This document shows, in pieces, positions 40,531 to 53,179 of a stretch of 64,000 nucleotides of DNA. Below the pieces are notes generated by a model. The model was not told the DNA's origin and searched no databases. It saw only the letters and a program-made list of their open reading frames with translations. The translations under genes were made by a program, and so were the position numbers. The DNA lies in the NCBI RefSeq assembly GCF_008831285.2, contig NC_045138.2:43152001-43216000 (forward strand), written 5' to 3'. Within the stretch, counting starts at the first letter, position 1. Each line of letters begins with the position of its first letter. Source of the DNA: Nymphaea colorata. Its lineage: Eukaryota.

Positions 40531-42355
40531 ATGCATGTAAAACAATTTACTAGTGTGTTGATATATTTTGTCAAATTTTAACACTTTAATCTACTTGATT
40601 GTTTTTTATAGAATGCACATCTGTAGGGAATGAACAGCGTTTTGACTAGTAAGTACTTAGTGGTTGTGAGTATTACACTTCCTATTCTATTCTTATTAAT
40701 TGAATCAGTTGTACATTTATTCTTTTTCTGAAGTGTTGTTCATTTTACAAGCTGTCTTTTTTCCTTTGTTCTTAGGGAAGATGCAATATCCTGATTTCTG
40801 ATGCCTATTGTTGTAAGGAGAAAGGCATGATGAGTGTACTATGATCGTCAACTTAGATAGTGGAAAAACTGATCTATTATGAATCCTTTGTACTCTCGAC
40901 TTTGATGAAGCTCGTTTATAAATTTGTGTTTACTATCGTCATGTTTAACATGGATGACAAATGTCTGTAATCTACCATAATCTAATGGTATAATGTGTAT
41001 GAACCAACCAGCTGGGTCAATACACTTGGGGCTTGTACATATTGTACAACAGAAAATGTTTTTTGAAGTACTTGGAGGATAAATCCATGTGGTTTAATCA
41101 ATGATTGCTGGCCTGGAAATATTCTACAACAAAAAATGACTTGAGCCTTTCATACCATGTCTGACTCATCAGCGCCGACCCACATGCAGCTCCATGCAAA
41201 ATAGTAAACTACTGGTTTTTATTCTTTCGTTGATGTCATTGTAATGATTGTGGTTGATGGTTGTTACGAAGGCATGTGCCTTTTCATTTGTCGCTCTTGA
41301 AAGAAAGCCGCAATTGCAATTTTTTGGAATAGAAGGGAGTTTTTTCAGCAATTCATCTGATAGCCAGATCACTTTGAAAGAATGCCGCGATTGCTATTTT
41401 TTTGAAATACAAGTTTTTTGAATGAAGAGATTCTAGATCGGTTGATTGGTCACCTAAAGTTGTTTCACCACACCTGTAAGGTTGCATGACTAATCCAAGT
41501 TTATGCTTTTGAACTAGTGGGGATAGGATATTTCTTAAACTGGATATATCTTCAACCTCTTTTTTCTACTTGTGGTCATTCTGGGCTGCTCAATTTTGAA
41601 CATGGAGCTACGAAAGCAGAACAGTTAGAAAATTTGAGTGCTCAAAAAAGTACACAGATGTTAACAAGTATTTTTTCCACTTCTCTGTTTTGCTTGTGTC
41701 ATTGTGTGTGTGCCAATGCATTGGGGAGAGATAGACGATGATGAAACCCTTCCAAATCAATTATAAATTTGTAGTTAAGAACCTACAACTATAGTCACTG
41801 CTACCGTTATTAAAACTGTGCAATATAGGCACTCTCCAAGCTTTCAGAAAATTGGTCCATCAGTAATAGGAAAAGGAGATTTACGCACATTATATCATGG
41901 AGCATAACGTTCTTCACTTTGCCAAGGGATTCAGTCGTTTTGCTCGAGAAAGAGGGACAGGGGGTGAGCGATGGGGAACGGAGGGGGCGGCGAGGGTTAT
42001 CGGTGGAGATGGCTGTGGGTGGATAGCGTGAGCGTTGGAGAGGGCAGCGAGTGGACGGGTGAGGGCCAGCAGGTGGAGAGGGCTTTTGGTGGAAATGGTG
42101 AGCCGGGACGGGGGAGGGGCCAGGGGGGTGTAGCAGCGCTGCGGGACAGGGCAGCTGGTGGAGAGGGTGCTCGGGAGGAGAGGGCTCGCGGGAGGAGGAG
42201 GAGCGCTCAGATGTGTCGAACGACTCTCCCTCAGCCGGCTGATGGATAATGCTTTGAGTACGGGGCTAAAAGTCCTTAGCTACCTTAGTAATCGTTTATC
42301 ATGTTGCAACAGTTTATGTGCTTATCGGCAACGCTTTATTATGTTTACGGTGTCG

Positions 42356-42358
<3 letters not shown>

Positions 42359-42388
<30 letters not shown>

Positions 42389-42683
42389 CACATGTGTACA
42401 TGTGCATATATAAAAATATGCATATATGTATACATGAGTCATACATGTATATAGTATATACACATATATATGTCTTATTTAAGGTGAAGATCCTATGCAA
42501 CCTGGTATATATATATATATATATATAGTACATGTTCATACATGATATATTAAATAATAAATAATATATGACATATAATATCGTATAGTTATATATAATA
42601 TATAGCATTATATATATGTGTATTATATTTCATGTACATATATGTAATATTGTGCATCAATAGTATGAATACGTATATATGTA

Positions 42684-42714
<31 letters not shown>

Positions 42715-42780
42715 ACACATATGTAGCATATATACATACATATGTAAGTATATACATATGGCACATGTATACATATATGG
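42359..42780. repeat. TA-rich low-complexity / microsatellite tract
   Basis: Several (TA)n runs with degenerate TACA/TATG units. Confidence 0.9.
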
Positions 42781-43199
42781 GGTAGAAGTGGTGGGAATAG
42801 GAGATGCAGATTTGGCTTCCATAATGAGTTGCTAACATATGATGTCAATACAATAATTGAGCGAATATATTCGATTGTCAAAAAGTAAAACTGACTGACG
42901 CGCACATGTCCACTTGAGATTGTTTACGACGCAGGTAATTCTTCCTGCTGCAGCGTAGTAGAAATCCAGATTTGGGTATCTGCATTCTACTGCATCTACA
43001 AATTCCGGATATAACTTTTTGGCAAGTCTTTTATCTTCATTCAGACATATCTACCAGCAAATCTTTCCATTGCCACCCTATTGATCTCATCATTTTGCAT
43101 TCTCTGGTCAGTGCGTCTGGTAAGGAATGATATACACATTTGACTAGATCAACGGTGAAATTACACTAAGATAATAAAAATTGTCACTATGCGAATCTT

Positions 43200-46100
43200 T
43201 GTAGTTTTGGATTACTGGTGATTTTTCTTTTAAGAAGACTGACAGATTTTGTGAATATGTTCTCAAAATAAACTTTTTCCCGATCAGATAAAGATAGAAT
43301 TTTGATAGAATTTTTCTAATCTTCTGATTGCAACAATGATTTCTTTATCGGTAGCCCAGTAGGTGATTTCATTGTGAACTGTCTGCTTGTATAAACACAA
43401 ACATTTTCTTTATTGTCTTCTTTGTTTAGGAGAACAACCACCCATGCATCATTGGATGCATCTGTTGACATGACAAAGGGCCCAAAGAATGCTGATTCTG
43501 ATTCTAGTAGTTTACGGTATTCTTCTTTAAAAGAGATTACTGCTCCTTTGGCTGCTTCATTCCTTTTCTTCATTTTTCGGATTGCATGTGTTTTCTGTGA
43601 GAGATTTTGAATATAACTTCCAACATAACTTAGGCATCTTATAAACCTCTGTAAACCTTTGATACTATAACTTATCTTCCAGTAGATTTGAAAATTATTC
43701 AAGCTTCTTTAAAATGTGATCCTACATGATAATTTTTTCTTCTTTGAGTTTGATGCCGAGAAATTTTATTTCTCGTTTTGCATTTGGAATTTATATTCTA
43801 ATTTTGATAATTCAAGGCCATGTTTGACACATATCTCAGCGTAGATCTTAAGATGCTGCAAATGTTCTTCAAATGTTTGTGAGACTATAAGAAAATTATC
43901 AATATAATTTATTATGAAAGCTTCTAAAAATTTCATTCATTCTTCATTGAAATTGTGTTGATGCATTCTTAAGACTAAATGACATGACCAGCCATTTATA
44001 CAAAGCAAAAGGAATGTAGAATGTTGTTTTATGTATATCTTCATATGCAATCTTAATCTAGTGATATCTAGATTTGCAATCAAACTTTGAAAATATTTTT
44101 CCTTGGGCAGTCCTTTGTATTAATACTTCTTTGTTGGGTAAAGGCTATTTTATGTCAACTCTCAGGCTATTTAGAGGAATGTAGTTCATTATCATTCTTG
44201 CTTTCCCTTTCTTTATTTTCACATTATTACTATGAAGCTTGCGATTGCATGGTGTGGTTATGATTTTCTGATCCAGCCTTTATCCTCTAATTTCTTGATC
44301 TGAAAAGTAATTCCTTTTATATCTAATTCAGAGCCTACAATTGGTCTGCTCTATATAAAAATGTTTTACACAACAGATATGTGTGTTGTTGGCGAATCTT
44401 TATTCCAAAACTATAAAAGATGTTGTACACAACATGATTTCAGCAAATCCACTAGTTGGGTGAATTCTAGAAGACAATCTATTCTCGTCTTGATAGTAGA
44501 TTTATGGCTTTAATAGTCTTGATTCCCTCTACTTCCTTTTCAAGTTCTAGTTCTTGTTTCATAATTTAAAGTAGTCATTTCCTTTGTTTTGACCTTTTTT
44601 TGCCTTCCTTTGTTTTGCATCCTTTTGAAAGAAGCGGTCAGACTTGAGACTACTTGTTGTGCTTTTCTATTTTGAAGACAATACAATCTTTACAGATAGT
44701 GTATGGACCAATTTCATTTAATGTAACTGATCCAAACCTGATGTGATGTCCAGCATCATCGATCTGTACAACGTTTGCACTGATCGTTTTCTCTTTTTTT
44801 TTTACTCGTTCATTTAAGGAAAAATTGTATAGCCTTCTTTCTTTGTTTATTGTTTCTACTTTGGTTCTTCAGGATAATATAGACAGTCACTGATTATCTT
44901 TTTTTTTGCAAAAATTTATATGCGCACCTGTATCAGTGAAGGCTTGTCTTTTTTTCCATTTTATCCGCAGCAATTTGGACTGAGATAATTACGAAAAATG
45001 TTGAATAGGAACATTTTTTTATTTGTCTTATAAATGAACTTTTAAGACTATTTTTGGTGTGAAATTATAAAAGGTAATAGGAGTTGTACCTATTTTTAAA
45101 ATATCCTTTGCTACTTTCTCTTGACCTGCCCACTTTTCTTGGTGTTTTGTCAGGACTTCATTATCTGAATAGATTTTCTCTATTTCAAAATCAGATTCCT
45201 CTTATTGTGATTCTTTTGAATCTGTGATCTTTTCACTGCTCCCACTATGAATGATTTCATACATGCTAGTTGAAGTGAAATTATTGCAGAATTCACTTCT
45301 ACACACGGACTCGTCTGGTTCAGAATCTAATTTTGTTTGAACTGTTATGTCTTCTTCTTTTTTGACACCATGTAGATTCGCCCAGCTGCTACCGAAGAAG
45401 TTTATGAAATGTTGAGGATACTGAGTGTTTCTTCATCTTCTTCAATTTCTAGTTGGAACACATTTTTGTTTGAAAGACACTCTTCAAATTCTTCCTCATT
45501 TTTTGTTAAATCTCAATCTTGTTTAATCTCTAGTACTTCAAACATCATCTTGATTTGTCTATGAGCTCTGCTAAGGAATTTGTTGGCATAACGACCCTTC
45601 TTTTAGCAAGCAAAACAACTATCATTCTTCTTTTTGTCATAGTTTCTTCGTTCCCTGCAGAACCTATAGGACTTGAACTGCCTTTTCATTTTGGTTCTTT
45701 TGAACCTTGGCTTGAATCTTCTTGGTAGATTATGTTCTTTCGTGCCATCGATCTGGCTACAGATAATTTTTCTGACTTTGGGCAAATCATTTTTTGCTTG
45801 AATCATATAACATAACTTTTTAATTTCTTTTGGACTATCTATTGTAGATCACCAGAGTTCAACTTTCTATCAGTACATTTTTGTCGGATAGCTCATCTAG
45901 TACTATATTGCCAAGTGATTTTAACAAAGAGGTGAGAAATGACGTACCAATTGTTGGTAGTGCATGTGCTCCTAGGCGATATGCTTTATTGAGATAATTT
46001 TGGGCATACTGTTCGAATTGGCTTAGATCCTTCAACTTTATTATTGTGAACATAAACCAGTCCGATGACTGTTGTGCTAGTAGGTTGGGCTGAAACTCTA

Positions 46101-47480
46101 AAATTATCTGGTTTCCCAAGACTGCTAGGTCTTCTTGCACGATCTCATGTTTCTCTAAGTATGATAGAAACTTCCACCAATTTGCCACACGTCCTGAAAA
46201 GGTGAAGGGTAGTATTCTCCATGCATGTTTTGGAGACATCCTTTTCTAAGTAACCGCCATATACAAGTGTTAAGCCCATAGTCGAATTACATCAACGACT
46301 TTCATGGCTGGGCATGTATCGATGTTCAGAATTGGTATTTCTGATCCTATGGAGATTACAAATTTTTTTACTTCTGATGACCGATTTTGGGGCTGATTCT
46401 CGAACATCCTCATGTAGCCTTTAGAATCCTCAACATCGCTAAAATTGGGCACAAGATAAAAATCTTTGTATGTCGGGGGTTTTGGTCGATTGCTGAAAGA
46501 GTAGGGGCTAATTTCCTTGATCGACAGGCTTTAGGAATGTGTTTTTAAGGCCTCTTTTTCTCATGCCTTAAACTCTTTCCTCTCCCCATCTAGGAGAGAC
46601 TTGATAGTTTCCATGTTATCATGAATGGATAGGAGTTGTTCTTCAATCCTCTTGAAGTGTTTTTCTACATACATGCTCTAATAGATAAGATAGTTGAGTT
46701 GCCAGGTATTTTCATCTTGTGTTTTTTATGACTAGGCCTAGTGCAGAGTAAATAGTTTACGTCTGCTTTGAACTTGGGCATACCTTTCTGAACTTCATCT
46801 GTCGTGGTAATAATATAGGTCATTTTTTGGGGCCAGTCTCTACCGAGGACATAGTTTGCTCTTTCTCTCCTTTTTGCCTTGGGTGATGTCATCATCATCA
46901 TCTTTACTGCGGAGTCCCTGTTAGGGGATGATTTCTCATCAAAAAAAATTCTTTATAGTTGGAAGTGCCAAAAGTAGGCTTAGTGACCTTGTTGGTTGCA
47001 ATTGTAAATGAGATTGCATGTGGGCATTTCTTTCTGGATATTTTGAGAACATGTCATTCCAAGATTTTCTTTCTTTGTACTTTTTGTACTTTTGGTGTTG
47101 CTAAAACTCCTCAATTGTTGGATATCCTTGTAGAAACCCTTCGTTTGAGATCTTGCATATATTTTTGTTCATAAATAAAGGAAAGTTTATTCCATAGTCC
47201 ACCTTGAAACTGATGATAGTACCGTAGAGAAGATTGAAGGTGCATCTCGAGGCTATCATAGCATATATTGATTTGACAACCAAATTTACCTTTTTGATCT
47301 GGATAGAAAGGACAAATGTTTGTAGGAGGTAGGGATCTTGTAGTGACAACGTGAAGTTTGGCTGTACAAAACATAATCCATCCTTTGATAGTTCTCCCAT
47401 AAATTAACAAATGAGCCCTTGCTTCCAATCAACATGGCGAACATCTAGGAGTGATATGAAGTCATTTCCTAACTGGCTTA
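43200..47480 (-). mobile_element. Endogenous pararetrovirus (Caulimoviridae), decayed, gene order MP-CP-AP-RT-RNaseH
   Basis: MP LLDVRH.DWKQGLI..GELSKDGLCFVQPNFTLSLQDP (~47200-47460). CP PILNID..FSGRVANWWKFL..ILEF (~45860-46350). Knuckle CFAC*KKGR (~45600). Protease FTDTGA (~44930). RT FSKFDCKS / YIDNFLI (~43750-44250). RNaseH LQRFI..LSY..TDASNDAW..KKFILRT (~43250-43700). No integrase or LTRs seen. Confidence 0.88.
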
Positions 47481-47852
47481 GGAGTGATATTATAGGCAGA
47501 CGTAAGGTGGGACTACCTTGTGCCTTGTGTGCAATCTCAACAAGGTTCCACACAAGTTTGGAAGTGAAATCCACATCAAGGCAGCTCTTGATGAGCGAAT
47601 TGAACAGAAACACATATCAAAGTGGATAGATTCAGAGCATGAAATCGAATGCATCGAATACCATGAACCAAAACTTGTGGAGCACACTGTGCCAGAAAGT
47701 GACGATGAACATGAACACACACATGGTCATCCATACCATGGCAATGAATTTTTATGCAGTCATGCCACATGCCATCTGCCCAGAAATTCCACACAAAGAA
47801 AATCATGGTAGACGACTCATGCTATAGCTGGAAAGAACCCAAACTTTCGCAA

Positions 47853-48084
47853 ATGATGATTGGAAGCAAGCCCACATCTGTCAATTTATGGGAGAACTAT
47901 CAAAGAATGGATTATGTTGTATACAAGCAAACTTCACATCATCACTACAGGATCCCCACATCCTACAAACATTCATCCTTTGCGTCTAGATCAAAGAGGT
48001 AAATTTGGTTTCCAAATCAATCTATGCTACCATAGCATTGAGATATACCTTCAATCTTTTCCAAAGCACTATCACCAGTTTAAG
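47853..48084 (+). pseudogene. Second, inverted copy of the caulimovirid movement-protein segment
   Basis: Translates DWKQAHICQFMGELSKNGLCCIQANFTSSLQDPHILQTFIL... It is the reverse-complement match of ~47205-47435 at about 83% identity (manual count). Confidence 0.9.
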
Positions 48085-48449
48085 TTGCACAACGAGTCGA
48101 GCCAACTCGGGCTCGACTCGAACTCGCTCGCAAAAGCTCGGCTCGATCTCCACTCATTTATAAATGAGTCGAGTTCGAGCTGAAAGTTAAACTCGAATCA
48201 TTAAACAAGTCGAGTTCGAGTTGCAAGAACTCGACTCGTTATATTAAATCAACTGAATTAGCTGAACCGGTTCGCGAAACCGGTTCACCGGTTTAGGGTA
48301 AATTTTTTTTCTCTCTTCCCTTTCCGCCATTTCGTTCTTCACTCTTCCTTCTTCCCGTGACCCGTCTGTTCTCTCTCTTGACTCTTGCTGTCTTCCCCTC
48401 TTCCGTCGACCACGACGAGTCTTCCAACTGCTCTTTCTCTTCCGCAGAC

Positions 48450-48960
48450 CGCTGCTGCTGCCTTCTCTTGCCGCTGCTGCCTCAGACGCATCACGCATCT
48501 GTCGCCTTTCCCCTTCTCTCGCTATTGCTGCCTCACAGCCTCAGACGCATCCGTGGACCATGGTCCCTCTCGACGCTCGCTCTTGCTGCAGCTCCTGCTC
48601 TCCCCTTCACACTAGGTACGCCTTCGGCCTTCCTTTCTTCTTCTTCCCAACTCATTTTGCCCAAATGAAACCTGCCAAAAATCACTGTTGCTGCCTTCTC
48701 TCGCTGTTGCTGCCTCAGACGCATCTGTCGCCTTTCCCCTTCTCTCGCTGCTGCTGCCTCGCAGCCTCAGACGCATCCCTCTCGCTCTTGCTGGACTCTT
48801 GCTCCCGCCTTCACGCCAGGTACCCCTTCAGCCTCCTTTCTTCTTCTCCTTGGTTGTTCTTCTTCCTCCTCCTCCTCCCAACTGATTTTGCCCAAATGCC
48901 GCCAGAAATCACAGATGTTGCCCGTTGCCTTCTCTTGCCGCTGTTGCCTTAGACGCCATC
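48450..48960. repeat. Degenerate GC-rich repeat array inside the hAT 5' region
   Basis: Repeated CTGCTGCCTCAGACGCATC / GCCTTCTCTTGCCGCTG units. Confidence 0.75.
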
Positions 48961-49120
48961 AACGCTTGCATTTCATATCCAGTACGTTTTTTTGCATTTC
49001 ATATCCAGTACGTTTTGATTCCTTTACTTCATTTAAGTTGCACTACATGTTTTTCATTTGTCTCTGCTACATAAAACGTTTTTCAGATTTATTTGTGGAT
49101 GCTTAAGTATCTTCTGCTGA

Positions 49121-50712
49121 AGAATGTAGTTGCTAGCGCTTCCTCTTCACTTGTAATAAAATCTTTTACCTTGTAAAAGTATTACTTACCATTCCTTCTT
49201 TGGCAACATGTCAAAGTAAGTTGATGCTCGTTGCTGTTTTGCTTTTCTGTGTGTTCCCATTCTCCGAGACAAGTACATGGTTGTATAAGATTTACTCTTT
49301 TAAGAGGTTTACTATATATGCATATTGAGTGTTTGTTTAATTTCTTATGAAATTCACGTGGAGGGGAAGTCTACCTCACATTTTGTTCCTGTCAACATAA
49401 CTTTTCCCTTCTATATGCAAGCATAGTAGAAGTCATCTAACCTGTCTGTCTTTCATATGTGTTGCGCAATGACATTGAAATTGTTTTTGAAAATTATGCA
49501 GGTGGTTTAGGAAATCCGATTCGCTTGTATCTATGCATACATTTCTAGAAAGTACTATGCTAATGTCATTGAAAAAGTTGACCACAGTATTTGCTTTAAA
49601 GACTTTCGAAGTAGTTGAAGCAACTTGACAATAGCATTAATATTAATGGAACATTTAATAAATGGGGAAGTTGGTTGGCTGCCACTAAAGCTTCTCTTAT
49701 CAAGGGAATCAGATAACGATGACTTCAAATGGAACAACTTGAAACAATGAATATATACTGAAAAATTGGAAATTTATTCAGCTGGGAAAATAATCTTTAT
49801 TCTTCGAATGACAACTAACCCCAAGTTCAGCATCTATACAATCCAGCAGCTACCCAATGGTAGTTCCCCATTATTCTATCCATTTAGACTTAGTAAAGAG
49901 AGATCATATCAGCCATAACAATTTTTTCCCAAGAAAAAGAAATCTTGACAACAGGATATCCATAATTTGACAATTACAATGCTTTTGTTTCTTAGGCAAC
50001 AGCATAAGGCACAATACTGTCAGACTCCTTTACACCAATTTATTTATGAAAACTTTGCTTCCAGTGAAAATAAAAGTGCAATATTTTTTTAAGAAATGTT
50101 TTTTTGGCGATGTCAGTACTTTAAGCCACTGAAAGTCTCGGTATAAAATCATGCTTTTTAAGAAACTTTACCATGATTGTAGTTGTGGTATATATACGGA
50201 ACGCTATTTTCATCTTATTAACTTCAGGATCAGATTAAAGAGGATTCTAGCATGCCCAGGTAGAAATGATGGATGAATACATGCTTGTGAACCAATCCAT
50301 TCGAGGTGAATGCGTCGAGTCCAGTCTAGGGGTGCGAACCTTAATTTCTTTGTGGCTGACAGCTGCATGACGTATGTGCAGACTTGGTTTTTGATTTGGC
50401 TACCTCTCAACCTCCACTTTATAATCTTTGATCTGGCATCTCAACAATGTTTATAAAAGGAAGCCTTGTTATTACTGAAGTATCAATCCCTATCAAACCA
50501 TTGAATCTGTTTTGTTTCATATCTCTATGTGCACCTTATTGTTGCAAGTTGCAAGGTGGAGAATGTAGTTGCTAGTGCTTCCTCTTCGCTTGTAATAAAA
50601 TCTTTTACCTTGTAAAAGTATTACTTACCATTCCTTCTTTGGCAACATGTCAAAGTTAGTTGATGCTCATTGCTATTTTGCTTTTCTGTGTGTTCCCATT
50701 CTTTGAGACAAG
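49121..50712. repeat. 153-bp direct repeats (49121-49273 and 50560-50712) bracketing ~1.29 kb
   Basis: AGAATGTAGTTGCTAG...GAGACAAG, 7 substitutions by manual count. Confidence 0.9.
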
Positions 50713-51097
50713 GCATGCTTTTACCTATTTTGTGATGCCTACTTTTGCCACTAATGGCCTGTTTAGTTTGTTCAATATGGTGTTGTATCACGTTTGGTTC
50801 TAGCTTTAGGCGTTCCCTGTAGCTGTAGTTATTTGTAAGTTGGTTTTTATTAGTTACAATAACAGAAGAATATTTTATATCATGCCCTAGCTATGATTGT
50901 AATATATATATATATATGATCTCCTTTGTTATATATTTTCTTATTTTTTGTTTGTGTGTTATTGTTGGTTGCATGTCTTTAATTCCTTCTTATTTTAATT
51001 TGTTTTCACGAAAGAAGCATTGTGAATTTAAAAATGCACTATATAACTTTAGGTAATTACTGTATTACAGATTAGTCCTTTTATCTACAGAAAAAGA

Positions 51098-53179
51098 ATG
51101 TCTTCACTAAGAGAAAATACTATTAGCAAAGACAAACAAGTACTATGCAGTTCAGGAGCAGGTTCAACAGAACCACCTAATGTAGGAAGCTCTACACAAC
51201 AGTCTATAGATCATGACAGTTTAGATCCTACTAATGTGAGGTGTGTTCAAAATGAGGATGTATCTGTGGGTGGTATAAAAAGACAAAGGACAAGAACTTC
51301 TTCAGTTTGGAATGATTTTGAAGAAGTAACTGTGGGTGGTCTCAAAAAAGGTAGATGCAAGTATTGCAAAACAACATTTGTTATACAGGAAGGAGTACAT
51401 CATCGATGAAAAGACATAAGTGTCTTATGCGTCCTAGTAATTTGAAGCAAAATACTTTGAACTTTGGGATTAGTGAAGTTTCAGGCCTTACAAAGGAATC
51501 AATGAGTAAGGGTGTCAAACTTTATCCTGAAAAGATAAGAGAGATAATAGCAAAGATGGTAGTTTGTCATGAGTATGCATTCAATATGGTTGAACATTGT
51601 TGGTTTAGATTTTTAATGAAGCTTGTTTTTCCAAATTGGGTATCCATTTCAAGGACAACAGTGAAAAGAGATGTTACAAAATTATATGAGGTCGGAAAAA
51701 AAAAGTTGAAGGAATATTTTAAAGGTGTTCCTTCCATTGCTTTGACAACAGATATGTGAACGTCTAACCAACAAATTGGGTATATTTCCATTACAGCCCA
51801 CTTAATAGATCATTCTTGGACACTTCAGAAGCGTATAATTGGTTTTATCCAAGTCGAACCACCTCATACTGGGAAGAATCTAACAAATGTGATTGCTAAA
51901 AATATTCAAGAATGGAAAATTAAAAAGAAGATCATCTCCATTACAGTTGACAATGCTTCTTCTAATGATCTTCTTGTAAGAACATTGAAAGAAGTTTTAG
52001 AGAAAAGTGGTGTAAATCTATACCAAGGCAGTAAATTTTTTCATGTCCGTTGTTGTGGACATATACTAAATCTAATGGTGCAAGATGGTTTGTTTGCTAT
52101 TAGAGATGAACTTGGTAAGATTAAAGAGGCAGTCAAATATGTAAAATGTTATCCATCAAGACTTCACAACTTTAAAGTTATAGTAGATGAATTTGAAATT
52201 CGTGGTCAAAAGAAGTTGGTTATAGATGTTGCAACTCGATGGAATTCTACTTATTTGATGTTGAAGGTTGCACTTATGTACAGACATGTTTTTGATAGAA
52301 TGTTATGGAAGATGCTGGTTTTACTTGGTTGCTGGATGCAAATGAATGGGAGAGAGTACAAAAAAATTGTACTTTTCTTGAAGCATTTTATAATGTTTTT
52401 GTGCTTTTTTCATGGTCCAAGTATACTACAACAAACCTATTTTTCTTATAAATTTGGGGGGATCAAGAATTATTACAAGAAGAAGTTGTAAATAGGTGTA
52501 GTTTTATGAAGAGAATGGCATCCAAAATGAAAGAAAATTTTGATAAGTATTGGAGTTATTGCAATATGTTGATGGCTATTGCTTTCATATCATATCCAAG
52601 AATAAAGTTTAGTTTAACAGACTTTGTTTTTTCAAAGACTTTTAGTCAAGTACAAGAAAAGGAATATCAGATGACATTAGTAAGAAATACAATGCAAGAG
52701 CTTTATAACAACTACGTTGCAAAAATGAAGGATTAAATAAAGATGTTGAATGTGATGCTACTACTTCTGTGAGAGGAACTGACTCATCATGTAGCAACTC
52801 CAATAGATCTAGTGTAAGATTTTTTAGCTTTTTAAGCAAAGCAGACAATGTTTCTTTCCAAGATCCAAAGTTTGAGCTTGATATGTATTTAGAAGATAGA
52901 TTGCTGAAATGTGATGCTACCACTCATGATTTATTTGATATATTGATTTGATGGAAATATAAAGAATTGAAATACCCCATGTTATCACATATGGCACGAG
53001 ATATATTATGTATTCCTATTAACACAGTTGCCTCTGAATCTGCTTTTAGTACTGGAGGTCGAGTTGTGGATGAATGTAGGAGTTCATTGAGTCCAAAGAC
53101 AGTAGAAGAATTAGTTTGTGCAGGTGATTGGATAAAACAATATGGCAACCCTATGAATCTTGTACCGGTATTGCTAAAG
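51098..53179 (+). pseudogene. hAT transposase (zf-BED, DDE core, dimerisation domain), disrupted
   Basis: RTSSVWNDF..GRCKYCK (BED), LTTDM*TS, ITVDNASSND, HVRCCGHILNLMVQDG, DVATRWNSTYLML, MKENFDKYW, YPMLSHMARDILCIPINTVASESAFSTGGR. Frameshifts at ~51390 and ~52300 plus several stops. Confidence 0.95.

Noticed and set aside
42301..42905. Tyr/Ile-rich ORFs
   Set aside because: Translations of (TA)n microsatellites.
41940..42967. Possible MULE terminal region (GC-rich block, TA tract, ..GAAATCC end) and a Gly-rich ORF at 41971-42249
   Set aside because: No partner TIR or 9-bp TSD found, and the ORF is compositionally driven.
43200..44300. Alternative call of this RT/RNaseH as Ty3/gypsy
   Set aside because: No integrase or LTRs, FSKFDCKS-type RT, and a linked movement protein indicate Caulimoviridae.
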